A stretch of DNA of 64,000 nt from Eledone cirrhosa (GCA_964016885.1 OZ024747.1:21080001-21144000), one strand, 5' to 3'. Positions 25,439 through 39,450 are shown, counted from the first letter of the stretch. The notes: generated by a model from the letters alone, not told the origin. Made by a program: numbers and translations.

Positions 25439-25591
25439 TATCTATCTATTTATTCATGTAGTTATCTATCCCTTCATGCATATATTTTTCATCTATATAT
25501 CTAACTATTCAATCAAAATCTATCTATTTATCTATATACCTATCTATCTGCCTGTTTATCTGTTATATATATTTCTCTCTCTGTCTCTTTT

Positions 25592-25709
<118 letters not shown>

Positions 25710-26817
25710 TAAATATATATATATAAATATACATATGTAAATATACATATATAAATATATATATAAATATACATATATAAATATATATATAAATATACAT
25801 ATATAAATATATATATAAATATATATAAAAATATAAATATACATATATATATATATATATATATGTATATTTATATATATATTTATATATATATTTATAT
25901 ATGTATATTTATATATATATTTATATATGTATATTTACATATGTATATTTATATATATATATTTATATATCTCTCTCTCTATATATATATGCGTGTGTGT
26001 GTGTGTATATATATATATGTATGTACATATTTATATATATGTGTGCGTGTGATTAGGATAATGATGATTTATCCCTCACTCCTTCCATTCCACACTACCC
26101 ACCCACTTACCCTTTCATGACATTCAGTGCTTCGATTACTTTTATTTACGGTCCATTGTATTTGAGTGTATATATCATAAACTATCTTTTATGTCATGCT
26201 TCATTTAAACCCTCACCACCACCATCCCCCCCCCCCCCCCCCCCATCATCTACATCACCAATCGCTATTGTTTCAACTACTACAACCACCACACAACCAT
26301 TTCAGTGACCACAACAACATAGTAGGGAAAGGGGGTTGGCAGAAACATTTGAATGCGGGAGAAAATAACTTGTGGTAGTTGTTTTTTTTCATGTTGTAAG
26401 TTCAACACTCATCGATGTCAACCTGCCTCTCATTGTTCTGAGGTCGATAAAATAAATTGTCAAGTACTGGTTTTATTTAATGCAATCAACTTTCGACAGA
26501 CAGATAGACAGACACACACAAATATGTAGATAGATATATGAATGGATAGAAAGAAAGATAAATATATGAATGGATAGAAAGAAAGTTAGTTAGATGAATA
26601 GTGATGAATTGACAGAGTTATTAGGATGTTAGACAAAATATATTGTGATATTTGTTATGGCTCTTTGTGCTCCACCAAGGTTAAACTTGTCAAGAAAATA
26701 AAATACCAAATAAGTACTGGGTTTGATGCAATCAATTTTTGCCTCTCCCAAAATTGCTGACCTGGTGCCTAAATTAGAAATCATCATCATCAACATTATT
26801 ATTATCGCAAGAGATGA

Positions 26818-27037
26818 GGGTGATAGATTGGCAGTATCGGTAGAGGGTCGGACGCCATGCTTTGCAACTTAGAGTTATGGCCCTTTATGATCTGAGTTCA
26901 ATTCCCGCCGAGGTTAACTTTGCCTTCCATCCTTACGGGGTCGATAAAATAAAGTACCAGTCACTCAATGGGTCGATTTAATCAACTTTCCCCTCCCCCA
27001 AAATTGCTGGCCTTGTGCCTATATAAGAAACCATTAT
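26818..27037 (+). mobile_element. SINE family A (long-tail variant), preceded by two decayed copies (~26330-26790)
   Basis: TSD attat(c/t)gcaagagatg at ~26801 and ~27033. Confidence 0.9.
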
Positions 27038-27049
27038 TGCAAGAGATGG

Positions 27050-27425
27050 GGCCCTACTTCTGGAAGTCAAAAGAAACATTGTGCTTAGCTGGGCGGCTTT
27101 TGGAAAACATTATTAGAAGTACCAAGTAACAAATGAAATCAAAAGAAAGCTGCATAAAAAATATATTCTGTCAGTGACAACATATGGAAGTGAGACATAG
27201 ACACTACCCACTGCCAATGCAGAGACTCTTGCAGTTACCCAACATATAATGGAGCAAATCATGCTGGGTATCACCTCACATGATAGGAAGAGAGCAACAG
27301 TTGGTATTGACAGCAGACTGGTGTGAAAGACATAATCAAGACCATCAAGAAGAGTACACATAGATGGGCTGGCCACGTCTATTGTTTCAGAGACAACAGG
27401 TGGACTATTAGAATGACAGATTTTT
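27050..27425 (+). mobile_element. Decayed RTE-clade LINE fragment (second family)
   Basis: SWAAFGK.., IKRKLHKKYILSVTTYGSET*, RWAGHV, RDNRWT remnants. Confidence 0.75.
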
Positions 27426-27829
27426 CATTAGACATTCTAACGAAATGTCAATAGTACCATAGGTAAGGGTAGGCATGAATACTGAATGGAAGATAGCAAG
27501 TTTGGCTTTTACACCTCCCTCCATCTTGAGAACTGAATGCTAAGCTGGCTCATTTTTTCCTTGTCTCCTCACCATAGAATTCAGTACCACCTTGGGTACT
27601 GAAGATCTGTTTTCAGTATCTGAGATGTTTCCAGCTATTCATAACACTAATTGTTGTTCAAGCTAACAAGCAAACCTCTATATAGTTAACATATCTACTA
27701 GAAATAACAGCCAAATTTTCCTCAAATCACCATCTTACTGTTTTAAAAGATTGGATAATCTGATCCTGGGTTCCCTGTGCAGAATAATATAAATGATGGA
27801 ATTGGAACTGCTACTTATAATTGACTTCC

Positions 27830-28140
27830 ATCAGTTTTGTCATTGAGAGTTCCAGTTGTTCAATCAATGGAACAGCCTACTCATGAAGTTAATGTGTAAG
27901 TGCCTGAGCATTCTACGGATATATGTACCTGTAATGTAATCATCAGAGAAATTCAATATGACAAGACTAGCTCTTTGAATTATAGGTACAATTCATCTGA
28001 CGGGCTTCTAAACAGTTTCTGCCTACCCCAGTTTCACTCACAAAGGTCATGTGGGTCAACTTGAGGCTATGGTAAGTGAGACTTGTTCAAGATGCTGTAC
28101 AATGGAATTGAACCTTGGACCTAAGGATTGCAAAGCAAAC
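27830..28140 (-). mobile_element. SINE family B, decayed
   Basis: gagagttccagttg..caatggaacagcct.ctcatgaa.ttaatgtg.aagtg.ctgagca body with a tRNA-like head at the right end. Confidence 0.7.
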
Positions 28141-28529
28141 TCCTTCACAATTCAGCCATGTTGCATCCATACTGTAATTATGTCTTTGATTATAGATCTG
28201 CTCAATCAGGGTCTGGAGTCTACATAACAAGAAAACAACTAACTGCTGTTCAGTGTTTGGTCGATCATCTAACTTTACGTTCCTTATCTTTTACTAGACA
28301 CACACATGTACACACACATATATATATACACACCACACACATGTACAGACATAAGCACACCAGAAACATAAGCACACACACACATTTACACACATCACAC
28401 ACACATGTACAGACATATATACACACCAGAAACATAAGCACACACGCAAATACACACAAACATACACATGCCCAGAAACATAAACACACACACATATGCT
28501 CACACACACATTGATGCCCACATACTCAC

Positions 28530-28986
28530 CAAATCTGCTACTCCCCTCCTCCCTCCACCTCTACCTTCATTTACCCTTACCACTCTATTTCTATCCCATC
28601 AACTACCTCTCTCACTCGCCCCTCTATTTTTCTTTCCTCTTTCACTCTCTATCAACTCCCTCCCCTATTCAATACATTCTTTCTCTCCTTACTTTCTCTC
28701 CTTGTTCGTCTTTCACCTGCTCCTTATTCTCTTCCCTTTTCTTGCTTTGTCTCTCTCTCTCTCTCACTCACTTTAGATTCATTCCTTACTCTCTTTTTTT
28801 CTTTACTCTCATACTCTCCTTGCTCCCTTTCTATTCTTATCCCCCTCCCTCTGTCTCTCTCTCTCTCTCAACTTCTTCACCCTCTCATACATTACATCAT
28901 TTTTCTTTACTCTCTTTCCTACACCTTACACATTCTCTCTCTATATATCCCCATCTCTCTCTCCTTCCTGTACAACACTCTCTCCT

Positions 28987-29019
<33 letters not shown>

Positions 29020-29580
29020 TACTCTCTCTCTCCTCACTCCCCTTCTCTTCTCTCCTGTCTCTCCTCTCCTTTCTCTCTTTCCCCTTACTATCCAGCACTC
29101 TCTTCTTACTATTCCTTCTCTCCTCACTCTCTCTCCTTACTCTCCTTTTTACTTTCTTCCTCTCCCTCTCTCCTTATTCTCATCCACTTTACTTTCTCCC
29201 TCTCTCTTTCTCCCTCTCTCCTTATTCTCATCCACTTTACTTTCTCCCTCTCTCTTTCTCTCTTTCTCCTTAATCTCTTTCACGTTACTTTCTACGCCCT
29301 CTCTCTTTCTTTAGTCTCCCTCTCTTTATTTTCTCTCACTCCCTCTCTCCCTCCCATTACTCTCTCCCACTCTCTCTCCCACTCCCTCTCTCCCTCTCAT
29401 CACTCTCTCCCTCTCATTACTCTTTCCCCTCTCTTTACTCTCTCATTACTGTCACCCTCTCATTACTCTCTCCCACTCCCTCTCATTACTGTCTCCCTCT
29501 CATTACTCTCTCCCACTCCCTCTCATTACTCTCTCCCACTCCCTCTCTCATTACTCTCTCCCACCCTCTCCCACTACTCT
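28530..29580. repeat. Polypyrimidine (CT-rich) low-complexity tract and minisatellite
   Basis: Almost purely C/T on the + strand, with ctctcattactctctcccact units. Confidence 0.9.
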
Positions 29581-29699
29581 CCTAGCTGTCTACAGTGTTA
29601 TGTTTCATGTTAAATGAACCATACAACATCAGTTGATGTTTCTCTCTTCTCCTTAACGTGTCATCTGATCAATTATTCCGCACCTTTCACAGCCAGCTC

Positions 29700-32180
29700 T
29701 ACTGCAACTGCTACTACCACCACTACTAAAATCTATACTACAACCGCTACTACCACCACCACTACTAAAATCTATATAGCAACCACCACTACAGCCCTAC
29801 TAAAATCTATACTACAGCCACTACTACCACCACCTCTACTAAAATATATACTACAACCACCACTGCAACCCTACTAAAATCTATACTACAACCGCTACTA
29901 CCACCACCACTACTAAAATCTATACAGCAACCACCACTGCAACCCTACTAAAATCTATACTACAACCGCTACTACCACCACCACTACTAAAATCTGTACA
30001 GTAACCACCACTGCAACCCTACTTAAATCTATACTACAACCGCTACTACCGCCACCACTACTAAAATCTATACAGCAACCACCACTGCAACCCTACTTAA
30101 ATCTATACTACAACCGCTACTACCACCACCACTACTAAAATCTGTACAGCAACCACCACTGCAACCTTACTAAAATCTATACTACAACCGCTACTACCAC
30201 CACCACTACTAAAATCTGTACAGTAACCACCACTGCAACCCTACTTAAATCTATACTACAACCGCTACTACCGCCACCACTACTAAAATCTATACAGCAA
30301 CCACCACTGCAACCCTACTTAAATCTATACTACAACCGCTACTACCACCACCACTACTAAAATCTGTACAGCAACCACCACTGCAACCTTACTAAAATCT
30401 ATACTACAGCCACTACTACCACCACCACTACTAAAATCTGTACAGCAACCACCACTGCAACCCTACTAAAATCTATACTACAGCCACTACTACCACCACC
30501 ACTACTAAAATCTATACAGTAACCACCACTGCAACCTTACTTAAATCTATACTACAACCACTACTACCACCACCTCTACTAAAATCTATACAGCAACCAC
30601 CACTGCAACCCTACTTAAATCTATACTACAGCCACTACTACCACCACCACTACTAAAATTTATACAGCAACCACCACTGCAACCATACTAAAATCTATAC
30701 TACAACCGCTACTACCACCACACTACTAAAATCTGTACAGTAACCACCACTGAAAACCCTACTTAAATCTATACTACAACCGCTACTACCACCACCACTA
30801 CTAAAATCTATACAGTAACCACCACTGAAAACCTTACTTAAATCTATACTACAACCACTACTACCACCACCTTTACTAAAATCTATACTACAACCACTAC
30901 TAACACCACCTCTACTAAAATCTATACTACAACCACTACTACCACCACCTCTACTAAAATCTATACTACAACTACTACTACCACCATGTCAACTAAAATC
31001 TATACTACAGCCACTACTACTACTAAAATCTATACTACAACCACTACTAAAACCACCTCTACTAAAATCTATACTACAACCACTACTACCACCATGTCTA
31101 CTAAAATCTATACTACAACCACTACTACCACCACCTTTACTAAAATCTATACTACAACCACTACTACCACCATGTCTACTAAAATCTATACTACAACCAC
31201 TACTACCACCACCTCTACTAAAATCTATACTACAACCACTACTAAAACCACCCTACTGAAATCTATACTACAACCACTACTACCACCACCTCTACTAAAA
31301 TCTATACTACAACCACTACTAAAACCACCCTACTAAAATCTATACTACAACCACTACTAAAACCACCCTACTAAAATCTATACTACAACCACTACTACCA
31401 CCACCTCTACTAAAATCTATACTACAACCACTACTACCACCACCTCTACTAAAATCTATACTACAACCACTACTACCACCACCTTTACTAAAATCTATAC
31501 TACAACCACTACTAAAACCACCCTACTTAAATCTATACTACTACCACTGCTACCACCATGTCTACTAAATTATATACTACAACCACCACTACTACCACTA
31601 CCTCTACTAAAATATATACTACAACCACCACTGCAACATTACTTAAATCTATACTACTACCACTACTATCACCATGTCTACTAAAATTTATACTACAACC
31701 ACCACTACTACCTCAACTAAAATATATACTACAACCACCACTGCAACATTACTTAAATCTATACTACTACCACTACTACCACCATGTCTACTAAAATCTA
31801 TACTACAACCGCTACTATCACCATGTCTACTAAAATCTATGCAGTAACCACCACTGAAACCCTACTAAAATCTATACTACAACCACTACTACCACCACCA
31901 CTACTAAAATCTATGCAGTAACCACCACTGAAACCCTACTAAAATCTATACTACAACCGCTACTATCACCATGTCTACTAAAATCTATACTACAACCACT
32001 ACTACCACCACCACTACTAAAATCTATGCAGTAACCACCACTGAAACCCTACTAAAATCTATACTACAACCACTACTACCACCACCACTACTAAAATCTA
32101 TGCAGTAACCACCACTGAAACCCTACTAAAATCTATACTACAACCACTACTACCACCACCACTACTAAAATCCATATAAC
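29700..32180. repeat. Compound minisatellite of 39-bp and 35-bp units (74-bp dimer)
   Basis: actaaaatctatactacaaccactactaccaccacctct alternates with actaaaatctatacagcaaccaccactgcaaccct. Spacing 29876 to 29950 is 74. Confidence 0.92.
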
Positions 32181-33379
32181 TGCCATTGCGCCCTCCTTCT
32201 ATAATCTCTACTACATCATTGTAGCCACCACCACTATTACAATATATACAACCATCACCACTGCAGTTGCTACTATAATCTATACTACAACCACTACAAC
32301 CACTACTACTAAAATATATACTGAAAGCACCACTTCATCCCTACAATGATCAATACTACAACTAATGCTACAACTATTACTAAAATTTACATTGCACCAA
32401 CCACTACACCCTTACTAATAATCTACAACCACTATTAATGTCTATACTATAACCATTACAACACCTACTACTATAGTTTATATACTGGAACACTACAATA
32501 ATTTATGTATGGACCTGTTGGACCTGTAACTCCTGAGGAAGTTGTAAGGAGCACCATATTGACATACAGCGTTTCTAGGGCCTTTTTAAACCTGGCGGAT
32601 CCCATCTCCTCTCCAGGTCTGAATACAGCAGATTTCTTCCAGAGAAGGATAGAGAGTGAGAGAAAGGAAGAGAGAAGAGATATAGAGGAAGAATTGACCC
32701 TACTACAAGATTGGTACATTTCGACCTTCAAGCAAAGTTGACCTTGGTGGGATTTGAACTCAAAGAGCAGAGAGTGAGAACAAATACCACAAAGCACTCT
32801 ATCCCATGTTCTAAAGACTCTGCCAATGTGCTGCCTACAATAATTTTTACTAAATGCCTATTATAATCTATACTACAACTACTACTGCAAACTCTACTGT
32901 AATTTATATTGCAAACACTAGTGCAGCTCTGCAATAACCATTACCACAGCCACATCTATAGTTGACACTGCAACCACCACAACAATCATTACCATAACTT
33001 CTATTAAAATCTATTCTACAACCTCTACTGCAACTGCAACCTCTACTTCAAACCTCTCAATCTTGAACCAGCTTGGTAGCTTCTATATGATCACTCGAGC
33101 TACTGGAAATAGTAACATCCTCTCACACTCAGGAAGGATACATTGGGTAATGTAGTATCTGATATAGTAAAAATAGCATAATAAACACATCTATCCTTCA
33201 TCAGCTAAGTACCCCACCTTCAATCTACCTCTCCAATCCCACTTTATATGCAAGCACTATGCCCTACCCCATACTTTCCATGTGTGATACACCTCTCATA
33301 CCCAACCCATGCATACAAACATGTAAAGCTGGTTATGCTACTCTCCCACAATGCTGCTGAAATGGCTAAAAGCTCTCAG

Positions 33380-33800
33380 CCAACCCTGTAAGGTGGTTGT
33401 GCTGGTGACACAACAAAGGCACCTAGTCCACCATGTCAGGTGCTCATGCTAGTGACCTGACAAAAGAGCATCCAGTCCACAGTGTAAGGTGATCATGTTG
33501 GTAACAACAAATAAGCACCTAGTCCACCCTGTAAGGTGGTTTTGTTGATGTCATGACAGAAAGCACCCAGTCTGTCCGGTAAGATGGTTGTGTTGGTGAC
33601 ATGACAAAAATCAACTAGTCCACCCGGTAAAGGGCTCATGATGGTGATGTGACACAACAAAAAGCACCTAGTCCAACTTGTCAGTTAGTCATGTTGGTGA
33701 CAACAAAAAGCACCTAGTCCACATTGTAAAGGGATCATTTTGGTGCCACAATAAAAAGCACCCAGTACACACTGTAAATGTGGTTGGTGTTAGGAAAGGT
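33380..33800 (+). repeat. Diverged ~45-bp tandem array derived from the RTE 3' UTR
   Basis: About 9 units of aaaagcacc(c/t)agtccac.ctgtaaggtg..tgctggtgac, ending in gtggttggtgttaggaaagg as in RTE UTRs. Confidence 0.7.
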
Positions 33801-34549
33801 ATACATACATATGTGTGAAGGAAGAATAAGCAATTTAACATCTGTTTAGTATGATGAAGCTTACTAATTATTATTGAGGAGATATATAGAGACAGGCCTA
33901 TATTGTTTCTTGGTAATAATAAACAAGACATAGATTTCTCTAATAACCAACAAAGTATTGAGAAGACCTGGTTTAGGTATTTACAAGTAATATAAACTTT
34001 TTTGATATTTCAATAATAATAGACAAAAGACTTCATTCATCATCATCATTCATCATCATCATCATCATCATTCCCTTGCTAGCAGTGGTTGCTCATGTCA
34101 TCACAGACAGTTCAGAAGTCAAGTAAACCACTAACATCCAAAAGAGACAGTGGCTTGATATACAATCCTGTGGTCTACCAAATGCATTTATCGTGGCACT
34201 AACACAAGGGAAGTTGTCATTAAGACAGCTGAAGAATCTTCCTGATCTTTTGTTTAGCTGGTTTTCTATGGCTGGGTGCCTTTTCCATCACCAAGCACTC
34301 TTCAGCATGCACAAGATATATATATGCACATATGTGTATTTATATATGTGCATATATATATAGATATAGATATAGACAAGATGTAGCATCATTCTTCAAC
34401 TTAATACTCCTTACTTAAGGAAAATAGAGTGTAGATATTATAGGGATTCTTTGCCCAATGGCTAAGCCTGAACAATTTTTATAGCAAATACATTTTTTAT
34501 TGAAATGGTTGAAGCTTAGCTATCAAGCATTGAATTCCTACAATGATAA

Positions 34550-34655
34550 TAATAATTGTTTCTACTTTAGGCACAAGGCCAGCAATTACCCAGTGCATTA
34601 CTGGTACTTTATTTTATCGATCCCGTAAGGATGAAAGGCAAAGTCAACCTCGGCA
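34550..34655 (-). mobile_element. 5'-truncated SINE family A
   Basis: Tail and core only, within (AAT)n. Confidence 0.85.
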
Positions 34656-35505
34656 ATGATAATAATAATAATGTGTGTATGTATACACCCATCCATATGC
34701 ATACAACATGGCATACATCATCATCACTGTTTTACATCTATTTTTCTATGCCAGCATGAATTGGATGGGTTGTCCCATTCTGAGACAATAAATCAAGTGA
34801 CCAAGTCTGGCTCATATTCCATCATGGCATGGTTTCTATGACTGGATGCAGTTTATCAGGGCACTAACAGTGTCTACTGGTGTCATTTGATTATGGCACT
34901 ATCAACAGAGCAATAGTTGTTTCCTCAGTCAGACAGAGAGGGGGCAGTGATGGAGAAGGGAAAAGGAGTAATAGAAAGTGTAGGGGTCAGGATAAAAGTG
35001 CAGTAGTAGAAGAAAGGGTGTTTTATGATGTATGTATATATGTATGTATAAGCCCAATTAGACTTACATAACAGATAAAAGATTAAAAAAATGGAATAGA
35101 GAAGTATTCTAGAACATATCTGTGTGTGTGATTGTATACATTCACACACACACATACATATATATATATATACACATATGTATATATATATATATGCGCA
35201 CACATATATACACACACACTTTTATATATATATATATATACAGTCACACACATACACACACAGATATATATATATATATATACACATATGTATATATATA
35301 TGTATATATATGCGCACACATATATATACACACACACACACTTATATATATACACTCACACACATATACACACACACACACACATATATATATATATGTG
35401 TGTGTGTGTGTGTATGTGTGTGAGTGTATATATATAAGTGTGTGTGTGTGTATATATATGTGTGTATATATATATGTATATATATGTGTGCGCATATATA
35501 TATAT

Positions 35506-35546
<41 letters not shown>

Positions 35547-35549
35547 CAC

Positions 35550-35581
<32 letters not shown>

Positions 35582-35630
35582 ATGTGTGTGAGTGTATATA
35601 TATATAAGTGTGTGTGTGTGTATATATATG

Positions 35631-35677
<47 letters not shown>

Positions 35678-35740
35678 GTGTATATATATATGTGCACACA
35701 TATATATACACACACACACACTTATATATATATACACTCA

Positions 35741-35794
<54 letters not shown>

Positions 35795-36314
35795 ATTTCA
35801 TTAGTCAAGAAAGACATCTGGTAGCTTATGTATGAGCTATTAAGTGCCATCTTCAAATGGCATTATTTATCACACATACACTAAACCATATACATACATA
35901 CACACACTTATCTATATCTACACCTATCTCTCTATTTATCTCTCCATTCTCTCCCGTCTCCCCCCCCCTCTCTCCTCATATATATATATATATATATACA
36001 TACACACACATACATACATATGTAAGTGTATATATGTTATCATTTACCAAACTCCATAAATCCATCTAGAGTACTTCGCTATTCTATTTGTTTCTTTTCT
36101 CTGTTATGTCAGTCTTGTTGTGCACATACATACATACATACATACATACATACATACATACATACATACATACATACATACATACATACATGCATGCATA
36201 TTTACAAACATACATATATAGATATATACATACATGCTTGCATGCATATTTACAAACATACATACATAGATATATACATACATGCATACATACAATAGGT
36301 ATGAATAAATATAC

Positions 36315-36347
<33 letters not shown>

Positions 36348-36371
36348 CAAACACATATATATGTATATATA

Positions 36372-36433
<62 letters not shown>

Positions 36434-36793
36434 TACAAACACATATATATGTATATATATATATATACATATATACAAACACACATATGTATACACACAT
36501 ACATATGTGTTTGTGTGTGTGTGTGTGTGTGCATATATATGGGCAAATAAATATATACATGTTTTTATTTATATTTATATACATAGACTAAGAGACAGAT
36601 CTGCATTGTCTGTTGGTGAATATAAAGAGGATCTAGATTTCCCTAATGAGTAACAAACTATTGAGAAAACTTTGTTTAGAAATTTTAACAAATAACTGAA
36701 AATGTTTTAATATTTCAATACTAATAAACTGAACACTTCATTCCACAGCTGTTTTGGCAGAGTGTAATGTAATGAATGGTTGAGCTGGTACAT

Positions 36794-36948
36794 ATCATCA
36801 TCAGGTCGAGCTTGCTTTGGCTTTCTACGACACGTTTCCTCCATCCATCTCTGTCTCTCATAGCGTTTGCCAGTTCTTCCGCAGTGCATCCAGTATCGTC
36901 CTCAAGCTGCTTGACGTATGTCTTCTTGGGACAACCAGCGTTTCTGGT
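36794..36948 (-). mobile_element. RTE/RTE-X LINE 3' end fragment (third family)
   Basis: RNAGCPKKTYVKQLEDDTGCTAEELANAMRDRDGWRKRV followed by (GAT)n. Confidence 0.75.
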
Positions 36949-37120
36949 ATATATATATATATATATATATAGTTATGTAATAAACAACATAAGGCGATTA
37001 TTTCATTTACCAGTGGTTTCTTAAAAGCAAAAAAATGTTGCTTTCAATCATCAGAATGAAAAGATCCTGGTGTATTTATTGGCGTTGGATTTTCATTTAC
37101 ACACACATATATATATATAT

Positions 37121-37750
37121 AAATTAGAAATAAGAGGGATCAGATGTTGTTTACTAGAGAGAAGGCTACGTTGGTATGGTCACGTGATGCGCATGAAGGA
37201 TGATAGCTGTATAACAAAGTGCAGGGCAATAAAGATAGACGGTAGCCACGGAATAGGCAGACCCAGAAAAACCTGGGACGAGCTGATAAACTCCGACCTC
37301 ACACACTTACACCTCACCAAGACAATGTCACTGGACCGAGACCTTTGGCGGTACTCAGTAATAGAGAAGACCCGCCTTGCCAGTAGGCATCTCTAACAAA
37401 ATACACCCCATCCCACCCCCACCACCCCCACCCCATCCACACCACCCCGTTCTATGTAAAGTTATGTTGGTGCCGCGCCATCCAGGCCGAAACAAATGAG
37501 ATCGTGTAGGTGTCACGACAAAAAAAAACAGTCCACGCTGTAATGTGGCCGTGTAGGCAACACGGTAAAAACCTCCCAGACCCACACTGTAAATGTGGTT
37601 GGTGTTAGGAAGGGCATCCAACTGTAGAAAACCTGCCAGACAGTCCTATGCGAGCAAGAAAATCACTCTTGCCTCAAGTGGGACTACCCCCGTCCAAACC
37701 CATGCAAGCGTGGAACACGGACGTTAAACGTTGATGATGATGATGATGAT
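37121..37750 (+). mobile_element. RTE LINE 3' fragment, same subfamily as 2676-3824
   Basis: RGIRCCLLERRLRWYGHVMRMKDDSC..GRPRKTW, matching 3' UTR and (GAT)n tail. Confidence 0.9.
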
Positions 37751-37974
37751 ATATATATATATATATATATATATGTAGATAAATCTACCAAGAGTTTACG
37801 GTAGTGTCCAATCCGTATGAAGAACTCAATGTAATCCGGATATCATGGAAAGAAGAGATGCAATGAAAAATCACTTTCGGTGAAAGATAAACGGAATACA
37901 GAGTCAAGATAAAATATTAAAAAAATAATGAATAAAACAATGAAACAGTTCCTTATATTAAACAAAAAAAGTTC

Positions 37975-38123
37975 ATTATTTAACGATCGTTTCTAGGATA
38001 TATATGTGTTAGAATTGGCATGCATATTCAACAGATCTATGTACAAAATTATACAAAATTATACAAACTATCAAAATTAAATATACATACCAAACACATA
38101 TATATGCCGTCTTCAGAAATAAT
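37975..38123 (-). ncRNA. Hammerhead ribozyme with long stem II (inverted copy)
   Basis: Reverse complement of 38128-38266 with 10 extra nt in the stem II loop. Confidence 0.7.
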
Positions 38124-38127
38124 AATG

Positions 38128-38266
38128 ATTATTTCTGAAGACGGCATATATATGTGTTTGGTATGTATATTTAATTTTGATAGTTTGTATAATTTTGTAC
38201 ATAGATCTGTTGAATATGCATGCCAATTCTAACACATATATATCCTAGAAACGATCGTTAAATAAT
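38128..38266 (+). ncRNA. Hammerhead ribozyme with 106-nt stem II domain
   Basis: attattt CTGAAGA [cggc atatatatgtgtt ... aacacatatatat ccta] GAAA cgatcg TT aaataat. Stem III acgatcgt is palindromic. Confidence 0.7.
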
Positions 38267-38302
38267 GAACTTTTTTTCATTGTTTTATTCATTATTTTTT
38301 TA

Positions 38303-38366
<64 letters not shown>

Positions 38367-39267
38367 CATATGTATGGAAACATTGTTTCCTCAGTTTGAT
38401 TTGATGAGGTCTGGGAACTTGTTGATTGACTGGGGATATATATATATGTGTGTATGTGTGTATGTGTGTATGTGTGTATGTGTGTGTGTATGTATATGTG
38501 TGTATGTATGTGTGAATGCATATGCGTAAGCATATGTGTATGTACATGTGTGTCTGTGTGTATCGATGTGTGTGTCTATGTATATATGTGTGTGAGTGTA
38601 TGTATGCATGTATGTGTATGTATAAACTTCCAGTCTAATTTTTTTTTAAATTTACACTTTCCTGATGAAAGATGTCTGTCAGATACATTGAAGCATCCCT
38701 TTTAGTTTCACTCCAAGTATTTTAAACTAAGAAGGATGTGTAATTCACTACTGTGCTTGTCTTACATAATATCACACAATCATATATTTATGTATATATA
38801 GTTTGGTGTCACAACAAAAAGCACCCTGTACGCACTGTAAATGAGGTCGGTGTTACGAAGGGTATCCAGCTGTAGAAACCAAGCCAGAATCAGTTCTGTA
38901 TGAGCAAGACACGATCATTTGATCCTGGCTTGTCTGTCTCACAACAGGATAATTTGTCTAACCCATGCTAGCATGAGAAAATGAACATTAAATGATAGCA
39001 ATATATATATATATATATATATATATAACAAAGAGGGTGTGGTAAGATACCAGGTGAACCATAATGCACCAGAGTACTCAAAACTTAGGGTAGTAGAGTG
39101 GGTAATAGGAAAAGAGTCAGGACCTCGATGGCTGAACTCCGGCCATTTTAACAGCTAGATCTGAACTAACCCACCCTATGGTTATACATATAGAAGGTCT
39201 TGCTTCCAATAGATATGCATGTAGCAGTTGAGTTTCTCTTTTGTTATTATTATTTTGTCTGGTAGCT

Positions 39268-39450
39268 GTGGATTGGCAGTATCGGTAGAGGGTCGGATGC
39301 CATGCTTTCCAGCATAGTTACGTCCCTTTACGATCTGAGTTCAAATCCCGCCGAGGTTGACTTTGCCTTTCATCCTTACAGGGTCGATAAAATAAAGTAC
39401 CAGTAATGTACTGGGTAATTGCTGGCCTTGTGCCTAAAGTAGAAACAATT
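39268..39450 (+). mobile_element. SINE family A, young copy with 19-bp TSD
   Basis: TSD attattttgtctggtagct at 39249-39267 and 39448-39466. Confidence 0.95.

Larger units (their letters stand above)
37909..38311. mobile_element. Fold-back palindrome (4-nt spacer 38124-38127); probable inverted Penelope-like pseudo-LTR pair
   Basis: Arms are reverse-complementary apart from a 10-bp duplication and a ~20-bp indel in the left arm. Each arm has a hammerhead, and (TA)n lies at 37750 and 38310. Confidence 0.8.

Noticed and set aside
30986-31794. Thr-rich mucin-like ORFs
   Set aside because: The frame is broken repeatedly by 35-bp units, so these are minisatellite by-products.
32471-32797. Overlapping ORFs at 32.5-32.8 kb
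   Set aside because: They partly overlap a decayed SINE. The rest (FKKALE..) may be a LINE 3' remnant but cannot be assigned.
38662-38740. CTGATGA followed by a hairpin; similar CUGANGA hits at ~23738, 27599, 51472 and 60073
   Set aside because: There is no correctly placed GAAA-stem III-UH-stem I', so these were not counted as hammerheads.
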